From contig NW_026782569.1 in assembly GCF_031769215.1 (NCBI RefSeq), positions 186,001 to 250,000 on the forward strand: 64,000 nucleotides of DNA, in the 5' to 3' direction. Below are positions 1-13,398 of this stretch, piece by piece; the stretch's first letter is position 1, and each line of letters begins with the position of its first letter. The position numbers and the translations under genes were made by a program. The notes beneath the pieces are model-generated. The model worked only from the letters and a program-made list of their open reading frames with translations. It was not told the DNA's origin and did not search any database. Source of the DNA: Ylistrum balloti (Eukaryota).

Positions 1-558
1 AGGTATTTTGATAACCTTCAATAAAAGTCCCCCACCCCCTCCCCGCCACCACCAACACTACACACACGTGTGTACACACTTGTACACGTGACAGATGTAA
101 GCAGTGTAAGATTATTTACCTTTCTCTAACTTGTTTACGGTTGAGCCTATCTTCCCTGTGCTATTGCTTGTCGTAATAAACAATTTAAGATCAAGATTGA
201 ATCAATAATACAAACAACAATTAATAGAACTGAAAATCAAATCTACCGTGAACTGGATTGAGATTTGATAGCAAATTAACTAAGATACGTCATATTTGGG
301 AACCCTATGTATATTATTTTGTTGCCATAGAAATGATTCGGTGACCGAACAGATTTTTTTTCAATGAATAAAGGAATTATCATCAACATGTGGGTTACTG
401 ACTTGCTGTGTAGAGAAAATCTCAAACGCTTTTATGCCTATCGTGCACCGTTTCGAATATGTAAGGGCTGGAGGTATATACTGTACATTGTATATACACC
501 AGGGGAAACGGTTTTTAACATCCGGGTAAACACTGTCAAATACAGTCTCACAGCTTAC

Positions 559-653
559 CTCCCCAGCTCAGGACCAATTGTGTACCGATCCTCAAAAAGT
601 TCATCTTTGATGCTTTCGTTTATCCAATATCCTCCGCCAGAACTGTTCGACAT
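559..653 (-). CDS. CAMK4: First coding exon of calcium/calmodulin-dependent protein kinase IV-like gene (gene continues beyond the left edge of the window)
   Basis: The minus strand from ATG at 653 reads MSNSSGGGYWINESIKDELFEDRYTIGPELG-R, then a GTAAGC donor at 558 (phase 2). This resembles the CaMKIV N-terminus (human YWIDGSNRDALSDFFEVESELGR), where I recall the first intron falls at the same position. Not in the ORF track (<60 aa). Confidence 0.85.
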
Positions 654-953
654 TTTCACAGGTGGGTTGTATATACCTGTAGTTCAGGTGTTGTAACCGA
701 ATGTACTACAGGTAAAAGTCGAGTCGCTACGGGATTCAAAACAGTATACACACCAGGTAAAATCCCAGGTGAAACCGAATATTTAATCACGTGGTTTATT
801 GTTCAAAATAAATATTTATCGGCTGGTGCTGTGAAGTAGGCTTTACAGTGTATGTCATCTGGTGATTGAATTTAAAAGAACTTGCTGAAGGCAATCGACC
901 AAGTGTATCGTAAATCGGTTGTTGGCTGTAAGTCTGCTGATACTGGCGAGAAG

Positions 954-1017
954 CTGCAATGTGGTGGAAAAAAAATCGATTTAGACCACAGGGACTTGGC
1001 TAGAATTCCCAACTCAC
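954..1017 (-). other. Candidate 64-nt intron in the CAMK4 5' UTR
   Basis: The minus strand has a GTGAGT donor at 1017 and a TTTTTTTTCCACCACATTGCAG acceptor ending at 954, upstream of the CAMK4 ATG. Confidence 0.4.
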
Positions 1018-1819
1018 GTTCCATACACGTCAGAATAAAATTCCTATTGTACCACGCTGAGATAATCTTCCTCGATGTATTCAAATCATTAAAATAAATA
1101 AGTATGTTTATATTATGTTCTTTCGTGTAAAAAAAAAAAAAAACAAGATGATAGTTTTATCTGCATGAAATACACCGACTTTATTGAAAATACAAATAGG
1201 TATTTAGTTCATTGGTCATTTAACGAAACTGACATTCAGAGCATTACTAATTTCAGTATAGTCAATATCTAATAGTATATCTAATTTAATACCTTTGATT
1301 AAGGGAAACTTTAATGGTCAAAATCATAACATCCGCTTTCTTTTTGCTCTAAGATCTTCTATGTTTTTTACAATTAGTGTCTCTCGTAGCTTAGCTGACA
1401 CTACCTATACCTCGGTTCTGATTCCGACAACCTGACATTGATCGGATTGTTGAACGAACATGTATGGTACAGTTTAAAGTTTGGCCTTTTTTTGTCTACA
1501 GGTATCAGTCAATCAGTTTTTCCTGTTGGTTAGACTGAACGTAATATATCAATCAAATTATGTTCCCATCAAATAGCAACTCATGTACATGCATGCATTT
1601 ATATTTGCTCAAAAGAAATTTGCATTTCACAGACAAAAAAATCAATATTTGCTTGTTTTGCGGACCACATTCTATTACTTGTACATGCCGCAGTTTATTT
1701 TTCTGGAGGAGTTAAGCGCCTATGATGTAGACATAAAGGCCATAAAGGGACGGGCATGCTAAAACCAGTGCTTATAGAAAGGAAATATCTCAATAAAATC
1801 AGAAGGTCCGACTGGTCAA

Positions 1820-1975
1820 ACTATACATCGATTGGCCGCCGACAATGGATACTGTCGACGATTTTTTCCCCCCGCCAATTTTTCGAATCACGTGAAACTC
1901 TGCCGGACGAGGAAGTTCATATAGTCCACACAGACTTGAAAAAATTTGCGTAACAAAATGGCAGCTGTCTATCCA
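1820..1975. promoter_or_regulatory. Motif-rich promoter segment between divergent CAMK4 and GALK2
   Basis: Locally CpG-rich stretch with GATTGG/GCCAAT (CCAAT boxes), TCACGTGA (E-box, ~1888), GAGGAAGT (ETS-like) and AAAATGGC (YY1-like), between two head-to-head start codons. Confidence 0.35.
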
Positions 1976-2332
1976 TCTCTATCAATATACACTTTTATAC
2001 CTGTGCCACGGTATGACAGGGACGTCAGAAAGTGGGCAGGGGGTATTTTTTATTGGCACGACGAACTTGGAAGTTAGTATATGACTTGCATTGGTTTAAA
2101 TTATTATTCCGATTTCCATTTTACAACAATGACCTCGCATTATAATGAGGAATGTATTTGGGCCAATTTGAAGAAATTATTCATTAATATAATGCGTAAG
2201 CCTGTTCGGATGGTCATTGATAGTCTGTGATATATATACGTCCCTGTACATACTTATTCATAATTTTTTTTTGCAATCTTTCTTCGTTTAAGCGTCTGCG
2301 TGACCATGAAAATATGATCACATGATCGCAAG

Positions 2333-5300
2333 ATGGAGGCCGTACCGCCGGTGTCTGATATTCCACAACAAAAACAGAAACGGTATGCTGTGATAGTATG
2401 CTTTGATATTAATGCATTAATCATGTACATGTACTTAGAACTGCACATCCCTATTGCATTTGCATAAGGTTACCCACTTGTTTTGTATCAGATCGTGAAC
2501 TGACGTTAAAACGTGTACAAAGCTACATGTACATGTATACTATCAGCTATATCATATATATAGCACTCTCTCCACATTGCAACTTTATACTAGTTTTATG
2601 TAGCTATGAACACCTACAGTTTATTGTAGACTAATATTCACACTCAGGGCTCTAGTAGTACACAAGTGAGGTACGCATAATGCCGCTTTATAGCGTCAAC
2701 TCCTCCGTATATGGGCAGTCCCCCTGGTTACATGTGCCTGTGCGTATTGGTACTTAATGATGGGGCGTTTTCAACCTTTGTACTAGGCCTAACGGTACAT
2801 GTACAACATTAATCGACATATGACTTAATTATTGAGTAATATCCAGTTTATTGCTGAAAATAATGGCTCTCACAATGTGAAATCTTAAATATTTCCAGAA
2901 ATTCTTACAGTGTCATTAAAGTTGCCTGAGTGCAGGACTTGGAATTTAGATGTAGATTGATCATTGGTAAAATATCTTGCAGTATATAGTGTTAATGATC
3001 TTGTTAATTGTTAAATATAGTCTTTTCACTACATGTACATATATGTAGCTTTGTAAGTATCTAAAAAGTTAAAATAGTTTAATGATTTTAATAATTTTAC
3101 AATTATGAACTATTTGGGTTTTTAAAATGATGAGCTATGTCTTCTGCATAGATAAATGTTAACACTCAAATCAGGGATGCTTGACTTTGTTGTTAGTACA
3201 TTTCAATAGTATTTCATTCAACAAATATATTCAATCAGTTCCCATAAAGTGATTAATAATCTGTTTGATATAGTAATAAGACAAACTCTGCATTTTATTA
3301 TCTTGATGTTGTGATACAGTAATTACCAATACCACTTTTGTCTTACAGATATGATGATATCAAAAATAATTTTCTCAAGAAGTTTGGAAATCCCCCAGAA
3401 TTTTTTGCCAGAGCCTCTGGCAGAGTGAATATCATAGGTATGTCATCCATGTATTTTGTGGTGCATCAAATGTAATTTATGTCTTACTTTACTAACCTGT
3501 TTTAATTTTCTTTGAAATTTTTATCAATGTGGTAATTAAATTACTCCTATTATTTTGTGGTACATTTCCACAAAGTTTGCATGCACATCAAGCAATATAA
3601 CATTGTGTAATCACACGTAGATCAGAGGTTAACAACAATAATTGATGATTGAAGAAAATATTTAAATTATCATGAACAATGCCCCTGAAATTTCTCTGCC
3701 ATCTTAAACCATTTTTTTTTTACAGGAGAACATGTAGACTACTGTGGTTATTCAGTGTTGCCAATGGCTATAGAACAGGACATCATTATAGCAGTGTCGC
3801 ACAGTAGCACATCAGACAAGATCATACTCTCAAACATGAATCCTTCTTATCAGTAAGTAATTTTGAATGTGGAACCTCGCCTTCACATAATGGTTTAATT
3901 CATCTCCTGTATTTGTTTATTGGAATTCAATCTACAATCTAGATGATTATAAATTGTATGAATAAATTCAAGGCAGTGATCATGAGGTTATTGCAAAGTA
4001 AACTTACAAAAAATAAACACAAAAATAAGTGCATACAGGATCAAAAAAAATTGTACATATTTCTGTTGCCATGGTAAAGTAGAAAGTTTTCTGTTAGGAG
4101 TACTGGTGCAGTAGAAATTATGAATCATTTTTATTATGAAAATTTAGAATGATTATGAAATCAGTTTTCAAGTTTTTGAAGGTGTTTTGTCTGTAATTCT
4201 GATTTCAGAGATTTTGAGTGCAGTATAAAAGATTTTACAATTAGTAAGTCAGACCCAAAATGGTTCAATTACTTCCTGTGTGGAGTGAAAGGCATTTTAG
4301 AGTATGCCAAGCCCAATGCACTCAGAGGAATGTATTGTATGGTCAGTGGAAATATTCCAGCCAGTTCAGGACTGTCCAGTTCTAGTGCTCTAGTCTGCTG
4401 CTCTGCCCTGGTCACAATGTATGCCCATGGTTATTCCATATCTAAGGTAAATCGGTCACATATCAATAAAATTGTGTTTTCCACCTCAAAATTTATTTGA
4501 AAATTAATTTTGAATCATCTTGTGGTATGGAAATCATTTTCTATCCATCATTTGTCTATCTGCATAGAGTTAACTTTTGCTTAAAACAATTTCTTTTCAA
4601 TAAATTACAGGCCTAAAATCAATTTTCTGGTGAATCAAAAATAAGTGCAGTAAAATTGGTAAAGAAATTAACATTATCATTTCACCCATAAAACATAAAT
4701 TCTATAATCAATTTAATACTGCAAAAGACCATCACAATGTCAATGTACTATCTTTGAGCAAATATTTAAAAAAAAATTCAATTATCTATTTTCAATATTT
4801 TGATTTTCCAAAGCCTGTCACTGTCTTCTCTATCTGTCCTTATCCCTGTGTTAATTGAGTTTTTTGCATGTCTGTGTGTCAGTCGATATATATGCGTTTG
4901 TCTGTGTGTCTGTCTATTGATTTTGTTTGTCTTTGTTTACCTAAAATTATCTCTATTTCTTCTTCTCTAAAAGAAAAAAACACAACAATTGACAGGTATT
5001 TTTAATTTATAAATGTTTTAAAATGAAATCTTGGTCAAAATGAAAACATGTTCATTATCTAATACATACAAATTTGCTTATCTATACAGAATGATGATGT
5101 GAAAGCTACAAAATATAGACGTAGACATCCATATCTTTGTATATATATACATCAGGTATTATCATCAATACTATATACAGAGCTGGTGTTTATAAGTATG
5201 TTCCACACGGATGTAGGGTGTGAATGAGTATATAATATGACTATCATATATATTACTTCCCTCCTAATTATTTTATTTTGTCAACAGAAAGAGTTGTCAG

Positions 5301-8300
5301 AGATCTGTGCTCAGTGCGAGTGTCATATTGGAACTGAAGGTGGTGGAATGGATCAGGCAATATCTTTCATGGCTCAAGAAGGAACTGTAAATATTCCAAT
5401 AGAAATAAGACATCAATGATTCAATTAATAATAAATGCACATATCATTATTTGACAAGTTATATTTTTGCATTATTTATGCAGTGAATCAGCTTAGGCAT
5501 TCACAGAAACAGGGATACTTCATTGGAAGAAAATGCATAATGTAAGGTAGGCTTCATCAATATCTGTGGCCTTTTCACGTCTATTAGGACATCAGTACCT
5601 AGATTTCCAGCTGACTTTATCCAATAGCTAGGCAAGTATATCAGTTTTGTTTTTGGCTCACCTGACCCAAAGGGCTTATAAGGATGACACCTGACAACAT
5701 TTAAGAAAAGAAATCATTGTGACCCATATTGAAAGTCACAGGGATCAAATTTGTTAAAACATGTATGCTGAAACAAAAGTCTGAGAAGCGGGTGGATTTT
5801 GGTGGAAAGTCATTTCTAGGTCAAACCCCAACAAGTTCTGAGAAAGAAATTGTATTTACCTATAATCCAAGTCCTAACTGTCACTGCTTAGAGTTAAGTA
5901 TGATCAGCTGTTAGTTATTGAGTTTGTTAGAATTAATTTGATATGTCCACTTTGAATGCCAAAGGTGTGTATGTCAATATATTTGTTATATTATCAAAGT
6001 TTCTTTTTTTGATGACCATTGAATACCAGGTGAGCGATGCAGGCACATTGGGCCTCTAGTTTTTGTTTTTGACAATATTTGTAGTATTTTCTGTGTGTGA
6101 AATCCTTTTTTATTCATTTGTTTGCATTGTTTCCATAAATCAGGCCAAGCACATAGAGTTTTCTCCCTTGCGTACCACTGATGTACAGCTACCAGGTGAT
6201 GCTGCATTTGTAATTACCAACAGCTGTGTAGAAATGAATAAAGCTGCCACCTCGTTCTTCAACATCCGTGTGGTGGAATGTCGTCTTGTAGCTCAGGTGT
6301 GTACACCCTATTTCAACAACCAATGACAGACAAAAAATTTTTACACTTCACAGGTGCATCCCCATTTATGCTACAGAAAGATCAATCTGTTTATTTCAAG
6401 GGATTTTTTTTATAAGCAACTCTTACAGCAGAGCCATATCACCTCTTTACCCACTGTATGTTACAGGTATCAATTTCAGCATGCAATTCTTCATGGGCCA
6501 TTCCTAATAGGACAATGTACTGATCAAGACACATGTTTCTCGCACCTCAGACAGTGATATCCCACTTAAAACCCAATCCTACATTTTTCTATCTTGCCCG
6601 ATCTGTCTAGTATTCTTAGATGTGTTTTCATGGATTTTTTTACGCATAGTAAATCCATCCTCGTGTAGGCGTAGATAGCACCTACACCTGTACATTTCAA
6701 CAAAATCATATGCTGTCATTGTTAAAATTGTACTTTTTGATGTTGTTGAGATTCCTGATGTTGTAGATAAAATAAGATCTTCATTGTAAATTGTGCTATA
6801 TTTTTTTGTAAGTGCTGCCTACATTGTTTATGTGACACTATCCAAACATTGTTTAAAAGTGAAAAGGCTGTGTGGGTAGTTTGATGCTCCATCAGGATAG
6901 GCCAAACTCTGATGAAATATTGAATAATTTTCAGAGTAGTAGGTGCGAGAAAAAATCTATCACCTGGGGTATCTCAGTCTCAGGCTAAGATCCTGTAACA
7001 TCTTAACCTCGGCTAACGCCTCTGTTGAGATTATGTTGCAGGAACTTAGTCCGAGACTGAGATAACCCGATCTGACTCAGTTACAGGTACAATTGTAACA
7101 GATTTTATTAATCTTACTTCCAATAGTTTAGTTAAAACAATAGGAGAGTTTAGGGAAAATAATCAATCAACTCTATGTAATGGACATAATGTTGTCTCAG
7201 CCCTCACGATATAATGATTTTTATTTGAAGTTTAGCGCTTATCAGAGTTAATTATACTAAAATATTACCCTCTGATTGAGATAAGGTTCACATCACAAAG
7301 AGGTTGAAACATTATATTTTTCATTCAAATAAATATTAGTGCTTTGATAAGAGATCTTCAATATTGATATCACCCTTCAGTTTTATTAAGATGCCATGTT
7401 ATAAAGCTACATCATTTATAGTAAAAATAAGGATGAAAAATATCCAGAAACTTTTCTGAAATAATTTTCAAAGCTGCCATAACCTTATATAAACATTTTT
7501 TTTTAAGTCAACTGCTGCTGAAGCAGGAGGAAGAGGGAAGAATATGATTCACTTTTCCTTCTCTGTCTGCTGTCCCTCGATCTTGGAATGTTAATACACT
7601 CCAGCAGATTATTTTCTGAGGGGTTCTTATAAAAATTCACACACTTATTAAGTGTCCAAGTCTCTTGGTCAAGTTTGAGTTTCAGGGTTATTGGGTTAAG
7701 GTCAAGGTTTCTTTCTTAAACAAAGATCATGTCAGCAGTCTAACTGCTTCATTCTTTGAGGAATTCTCATCAACATTAACATACTTGTAAAACACTTAAA
7801 TGTCTTAATTTATTTCGAGCTTCAGGGTGGTAAGGTCAAGGCCTACATTACTATTTTTTGGAAATTGTGATCAGCACTCTTATGGCTTCATTCCTTGCAA
7901 GATTACGATCAAACTTCACACACTTACAGAGGCCCATTACTTCAGTAAAAGTCAGTACGTGTGATATACAAATAATTTGTTTTTATTGTAGATCATTGCC
8001 AAGTCAAAGGGGTTAACCTGGCAGGATTTCAAACGTATTGGTGATGTACAAAAAACACTTGGTCTGAGTCTGGAAGAAGCTTTAGTTATTGTAGGGGAAA
8101 TTTTTCACAAGGAGCCATACACAAAAGAAGAGGTGTGTGGAATTCTGGAGGTTACACCTGAACAACTAGCGGAAACCACCCTCAGTACCAATACTCTAAC
8201 AGGTAATCAAGTTTATCATTATGTTTGACTGAAAATAAATTATATATAATAAGGCAATAAGTTGATGAGGTCTGTTTATGACTTTGTGTATTACAGGCCT

Positions 8301-11135
8301 TATTTGTGTATGTTGGGCAAAGAGTGTTGATCAAGCATTGTTTATCAACAGAAGTTGCCATTTTGTCCTGTAAATGTATGTAATAAGCAAATGGTAAATA
8401 TCACATGTAATATTACCATGTCATTGTAATTCAACAGCATTAGGTTTTCTCAGTAATGGAAAGTGAATCTTTGATTTAAATTTCCTGTGTTGTAAATAGG
8501 ATATAGGCTTATCTTCTGATGGAAATCATATCCATTTATTGATTCAATTACACTTCTGTTGATATAAGGAAAAATTGGTCCATTAACTAAAACCTAGATT
8601 AATAAAAAAATACTGACCTGATTTTTAATAGATTTAATATTTCTTGTACATGGAAACCAAAATCCCTGATTTGTATAAGTGTAAAAATGGATAGGCAAAA
8701 AGATAAACTTTGATTCAAAATATGGAAACAGGATTGTCTAGAACAATGTAGCATTTGTTGGGGATTCATGTAAAACTGCAATAGATGTGGATGGATTATA
8801 AGCTACCTGTTGCCTGATTTAGACTTATCACTGAATATAAACACATTAACATGAGACTGTCAATGCATAAGTTTTTTTTGTTTTTGATGCAGTGCAATCT
8901 TTCAAACTACATGACCGAGCAACCCATGTGTTCAGTGAAGCCAACCGTGTCCTTCAATTTAAGCGCATCTGTGATGAGAATCCAAGCGACGCCCTCAAGC
9001 GTCTTGGAACTCTTATGAGTGAAAGCCACGCTAGCTGTCGAGACATGTACGAGTGCAGCTGTACTGATCTAGACAAGCTGGTCAATATTTGTTTGTAAGT
9101 ATAAAACTGTTAACTGGTTAGTTAAGGCTCAGTCCATTGATTATAGCAGAACCTTATAATGCTAATTTCTGTATTGTAGATCTGACTTCTGTTTGAAGGA
9201 TGCTCTTACATAAAATGAAACTTTGATTAAATTTTCCATAAATGAATATATTAACAAAATTTCAGGTTAATGAATCACTGGCTAAATTTCTGATGTTACA
9301 TTGTTGTCAAGACTTTCAAAAAGCTACAAAATACGATTTATGGGGAGTGTGTTGTGAACTGGCCTGTTGCTTTTACTCATTTAGGTTCACAGTTAACTGG
9401 ACCAATCATCCCAGCCTTATCTTCATATTTAACTGTCCAGTTTATGTTTCATCACGTCTAGTGTATGTTGCAGTCATTTGTTATTCAAAAGTACTGATAA
9501 ACCATTTCAGTCATTTAGGAGTTAGAAAGTTTTAAAGTGCGAACCTCTCCTCCCCTACAAATCCCCAGAGAATTTCCCTTGTTCAGGCCAACATCCATCA
9601 AGTGCGAACCTCTCCTCCCCTACAAATCCCCAGAGAATTTCCCTTGTCCAGTCCAACATCCATCAAGTGCGAACCTCTCCTCCCCTACAAATCCCCAGAG
9701 AATTTCCCTTGTCCAGTCCAACATCCATCAAGCGAACCTCTCCTCCCCTACAAATGAATTTCCCTTGTTCAGGCCAACATCCATCCTCTCCTCCCCTACA
9801 AATCCCCAGAGAATTTCCCTTGTCCAGTCCAACATCCATCAAGTGCGAACCTCTCCTCCCCTACAAATCCCCAGAGAATTTCCCTTGTCCAGTCCAACAT
9901 CCATCAAGTGCGAACCTCTCCTCCCCTTGTTCGGGCCAATATCCATCAAGTGGGAACCTCTCCTCCCCTACAAATCCCCAGAGAATTTCCCTTGTTCGGG
10001 CCAATATCCATCAAGTGGGAACCTCTCCTCCCCTACAAATCCCCAGAGAATTTCCCTTGTTCAGTCCAACATCCATCAAGTGCGAACCTCTCCTCCCCTA
10101 CAAATCCCCAGAGAATTTCCCTTGTTCGGGCCAACATCCATCAAAAAATAGTCTTTCTCTTGCCTATAGGTCTGCATCCTCCTTATTTTGGACCAGCTTG
10201 CCAACAGGGCCAGCGACTAACTTTCACTTTAATCACCCCTGTCCCAGTACTGTATTCAGCTGTCATAGAAATAAGAGGGGAGGTAACTACATTCCAACTT
10301 TGGTTAAAATTTATCGAGGCATTAAGAAGAATAGTGTTTTGGATCAAATTAATTTTGTCTTACTTCTCCTGTAGGAGCCCCTTCCCCAAGTCTCTAGAGG
10401 TCAGATCAACTTTCTGAATTTGAAAACTAATTGTTGTTTCAGACAAAATTTGAATTAAATCCATTTACAATGAGCATTAAGGAAGAGCAGCATTTTGGAA
10501 CAAAATATTGACATACTTCCCCATTTGGAGTCCTGCCCCCAAGTCACTAGGGTCAAATGGATTTTCTGAATTGAAGAAATGACTCCATTCCCTAAATGAT
10601 ATTTCAGGCCTTCTTTGGTTTAAATCCATTCAAACATTATGGCAGAATAGCGTTTTGAGGCAAAATTGTAGTTGACTAACTTTCTCATTTGGACCCCTTC
10701 TCCAGGTCCCCTGGTGTCAAATCAACTTCTGAATTTAAGACATGATGACCCACCTGCAACAATATTTAAGTTCAAATTTGGTGGAAATCTACCCAGACAT
10801 TAAAAAGAGAGAGAACGTATTGACATAGACCTCTTCTCAAATAACTTTGTTATAAATATGCTCACAAAAGTTGTACAATTGTAAACATTGTAAACTCACA
10901 ATTGGTATATATATATATAACAATTTTCAGAGAGTCAGGTGCCCTTGGGTCACGCCTGACTGGTGCAGGATGGGGAGGTTGTGCTGTTTCTATGGTACCT
11001 GTGGATCAAGTGGAACAATTTATTTCAAAAGTCAAGGACAAATACTATGCTGTTGAGCCATCTAGATCTGCCAAAGTGTCGTCTGCTGTTTTTGCCACTC
11101 AGCCTGGTGGAGGGGCAGCCATCTATAAAGTGTAG
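2333..11135 (+). CDS. GALK2: N-acetylgalactosamine kinase (GHMP kinase family), 9 coding exons, 457 aa
   Basis: Exons 2333-2382, 3349-3437, 3726-3852, 4209-4446, 5288-5386, 6144-6296, 7992-8202, 8893-9094, 10931-11135. All introns are GT-AG with consistent phase (1374 nt). Motifs: [101 protein letters not shown] at 11883. Confidence 0.97.
6940..7115. mobile_element. Fold-back (palindromic) non-autonomous element in GALK2 intron 6
   Basis: Imperfect ~100-bp palindrome at 6967-7068: GGGTATCTCAGTCTCAGGCTAAGATCCTGTAACAT...GGC-TAAC-GCC...ATGTTGCAGGAACTTAGTCCGAGACTGAGATAACCC. Assignment to a Crypton-type/MITE class is inference. Confidence 0.55.
7520..7950. mobile_element. Decayed non-autonomous Helitron/Helentron-like repeat with ~155-bp internal subunits
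   Basis: Repeated AAGGTCAAGG / CAAGTTTGAGTTTCAGGG-like modules about 155 bp apart (around 7670-7710 and 7815-7840). A related TTTTTGGCTCACCTGACCCAAAGG terminus-like motif lies at ~5650. Confidence 0.4.
9537..10143. repeat. 65-bp minisatellite, about 9-10 copies (GALK2 intron 8)
   Basis: Unit GTGCGAACCTCTCCTCCCCTACAAATCCCCAGAGAATTTCCCTTGTCCAGTCCAACATCCATCAA starts at 9537, 9602, 9667 and onward, with two internally deleted units. It explains the spurious 204/235/169-aa ORFs. Confidence 0.95.
10145..10850. mobile_element. Decayed non-autonomous repeat with ~160-bp degenerate subunits, abutting the 65-bp array
   Basis: The module CCCCAAGTC.CTAG.GGTCA.ATCAACTT.CTGAATT recurs at ~10384, ~10537 and ~10701. 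Confidence 0.45.
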
Positions 11136-13398
11136 ATCAGTGATTGATGAAAACTGCAAAGAAGCTCTAAATGAATTTTTGCAGTATTTTGAATTACATG
11201 TGTAAAGCTCATACAATTAATTTGCTCATCAGAAATATCAACATTTCTGCAGCATTTACTTGTGTACACGTTATTTCTAGTTTTGCTTTAGATTCCCAGA
11301 AAAATTCTAAAATCAACCAAAAAACTGAAATTGTTTATCTCTGAATATAAACTTTTGCATTTCCTGTGAATGTCTACCCAGTTGACAGGATTCTTGACGT
11401 AGCAATGTGATTTTCTTAAATATTGATATTGTTTAAGTTGAAACAGGAAACATTTCTAATTCAGACAATGGGGTTGCTAAGTAGATTTTTGATTTTCCAG
11501 TTTCATTGATGGAACTTGAAATTTTGCCTTTCATCACTATGTTAATTGTATAGAAATATTCAAGCAATGAGATTATATCAATTTTAGTATGTTAAAAGTG
11601 CCATATGGAAAAGGAGAATGACTTAATAGTGGATTTATATTTACTTGTGTAGTGTGGGAAAACTTCTATGCCTTACCTCATATACTTTCCTAATGTTTGG
11701 GACGTGGGATTTGTTTTTGTCTTATATGTGGGCATGTTATTGTAGTCTTTATCAATTGATGAACTTGCATTTATATTTTACAACAAAATGTTGAGTATCA
11801 GTATATATTTATTTTGTATTGATATTATATGATTTTTGGGGCCAAGGTGTTATCAAAGAGGGATGATTTGGTTTGTAATCGCAATAAATTGAGAAGAAAA
11901 AAAAAGTAGATTGCACTGATAAAATATATTGATTATCAAATTCTTAGTTGAATCTTTTTTTGCTCATTTCGTTTTGATACACAAAATGCAGGTACCAGTT
12001 CCTTTACATCAATATATCTGGTGATCTATTTTTAAAAGTAACACAATTCAAGCACAAAACTGATTTATGTCATAGATGTTGGTGGCGATATTTTGAGTCC
12101 TCTTTCATTCTTATAATGAAAGTTATATCTATTTCTTGAGAAGTACTGGACAAATCTCCAAGAAATTCAGATGTAGTTTCACCTAGGTCCGTTGTCATGC
12201 TCTTTAGATTTTGACTGATCTGAAAAACAAAATGGCTGGCAGGCAGCCATCTTGCAACAAGGTGTACCTACTTATACTAGCTAATGACTTATGAATTCAA
12301 CTGAAGTCTTTCCTGGATAAGCAGTGTTAAAGAATTTTGAAATCTGCTTACTACTTAGTTCCTACTGGAGTTAGGTTTTCTGATATATTAGTCTTACAGT
12401 TGTTGTGAAAATTTTAATTGAAAATTAATGATCAGTGACCATAACTAGAAAAAAGAATTTCCCTCAACCAAATGCGAACTTGACTTTCACTGTATATATT
12501 ATCATTACCTGGGTATACAACTACATGACAAATAACAGTTCTATATATACATTTAAAATGATATACAGCATTTATCTAAGAGTAAATAAGCAGACAAAAA
12601 ATTACAATGGAATAATGACTGGGCATTTTCCCGCAAAAAAATTATTTTGAAATCAATCTTTGATAACAGAACAACTCTGATCCAAGCTTATGTTAAAAAG
12701 GTATTACTCGATGAGCTGTTACACAATCAATATTTTTTATCATGATAAACGGCTGAAACGAAGCATACAATTATGGAACTCTGCTTGGTACTTAGTCAAC
12801 ATTTCATCTATTTGAGTGTTAATTTAATTTATTAAGGGTTAAGCATAGTTTTCAATAACAAATCTTCCAGTTTCAAACTTAAAGTTAGTTTGCAGACAAA
12901 AAGAAAAGAAAGAAAACTTTTTTTTTTTTAGAAACTATATTCTTTTTTTTTCAATTTATGGTTTATTCTGTATATAAAACCACAAACAATGTTTTTGTTC
13001 ACTAAAATATAGATATCAGTTGATAATTTAACATATTGACAAAATAGACACATTTCTAATACTAACAGTCAAATCTTTAATTTATAAAATATTCTGAAAG
13101 TAACATGATATTTAAATATTTCCAAACAACCTTCAAGTGATATCATCACAGCTGAGGAATCTATCAATAAAATATATATGTTGGAGATTTAAAACAATCC
13201 CACTCAGATACACATGTTGTAGGATAAAAATACAACCACTAATACCAGTATATTGCACATACATGTATATTCATAAAAATATAAATAAAAGCGTAGAAAC
13301 TGTAGACTATATAAGTAAAAGAATGTCTACATTACAGCTACAATCTACTCAGAAATATTCATTAATACAATTTCCATATGATCGATTAAGTCATAGAG

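Noticed and set aside
364-696. 110-aa plus-strand ORF
   Set aside because: It is antisense to the genuine CAMK4 exon and has no coding features of its own.
9537-10417. Long ORFs of 204, 235 and 169 aa
   Set aside because: They are translations of the 65-bp intronic minisatellite inside GALK2 intron 8.
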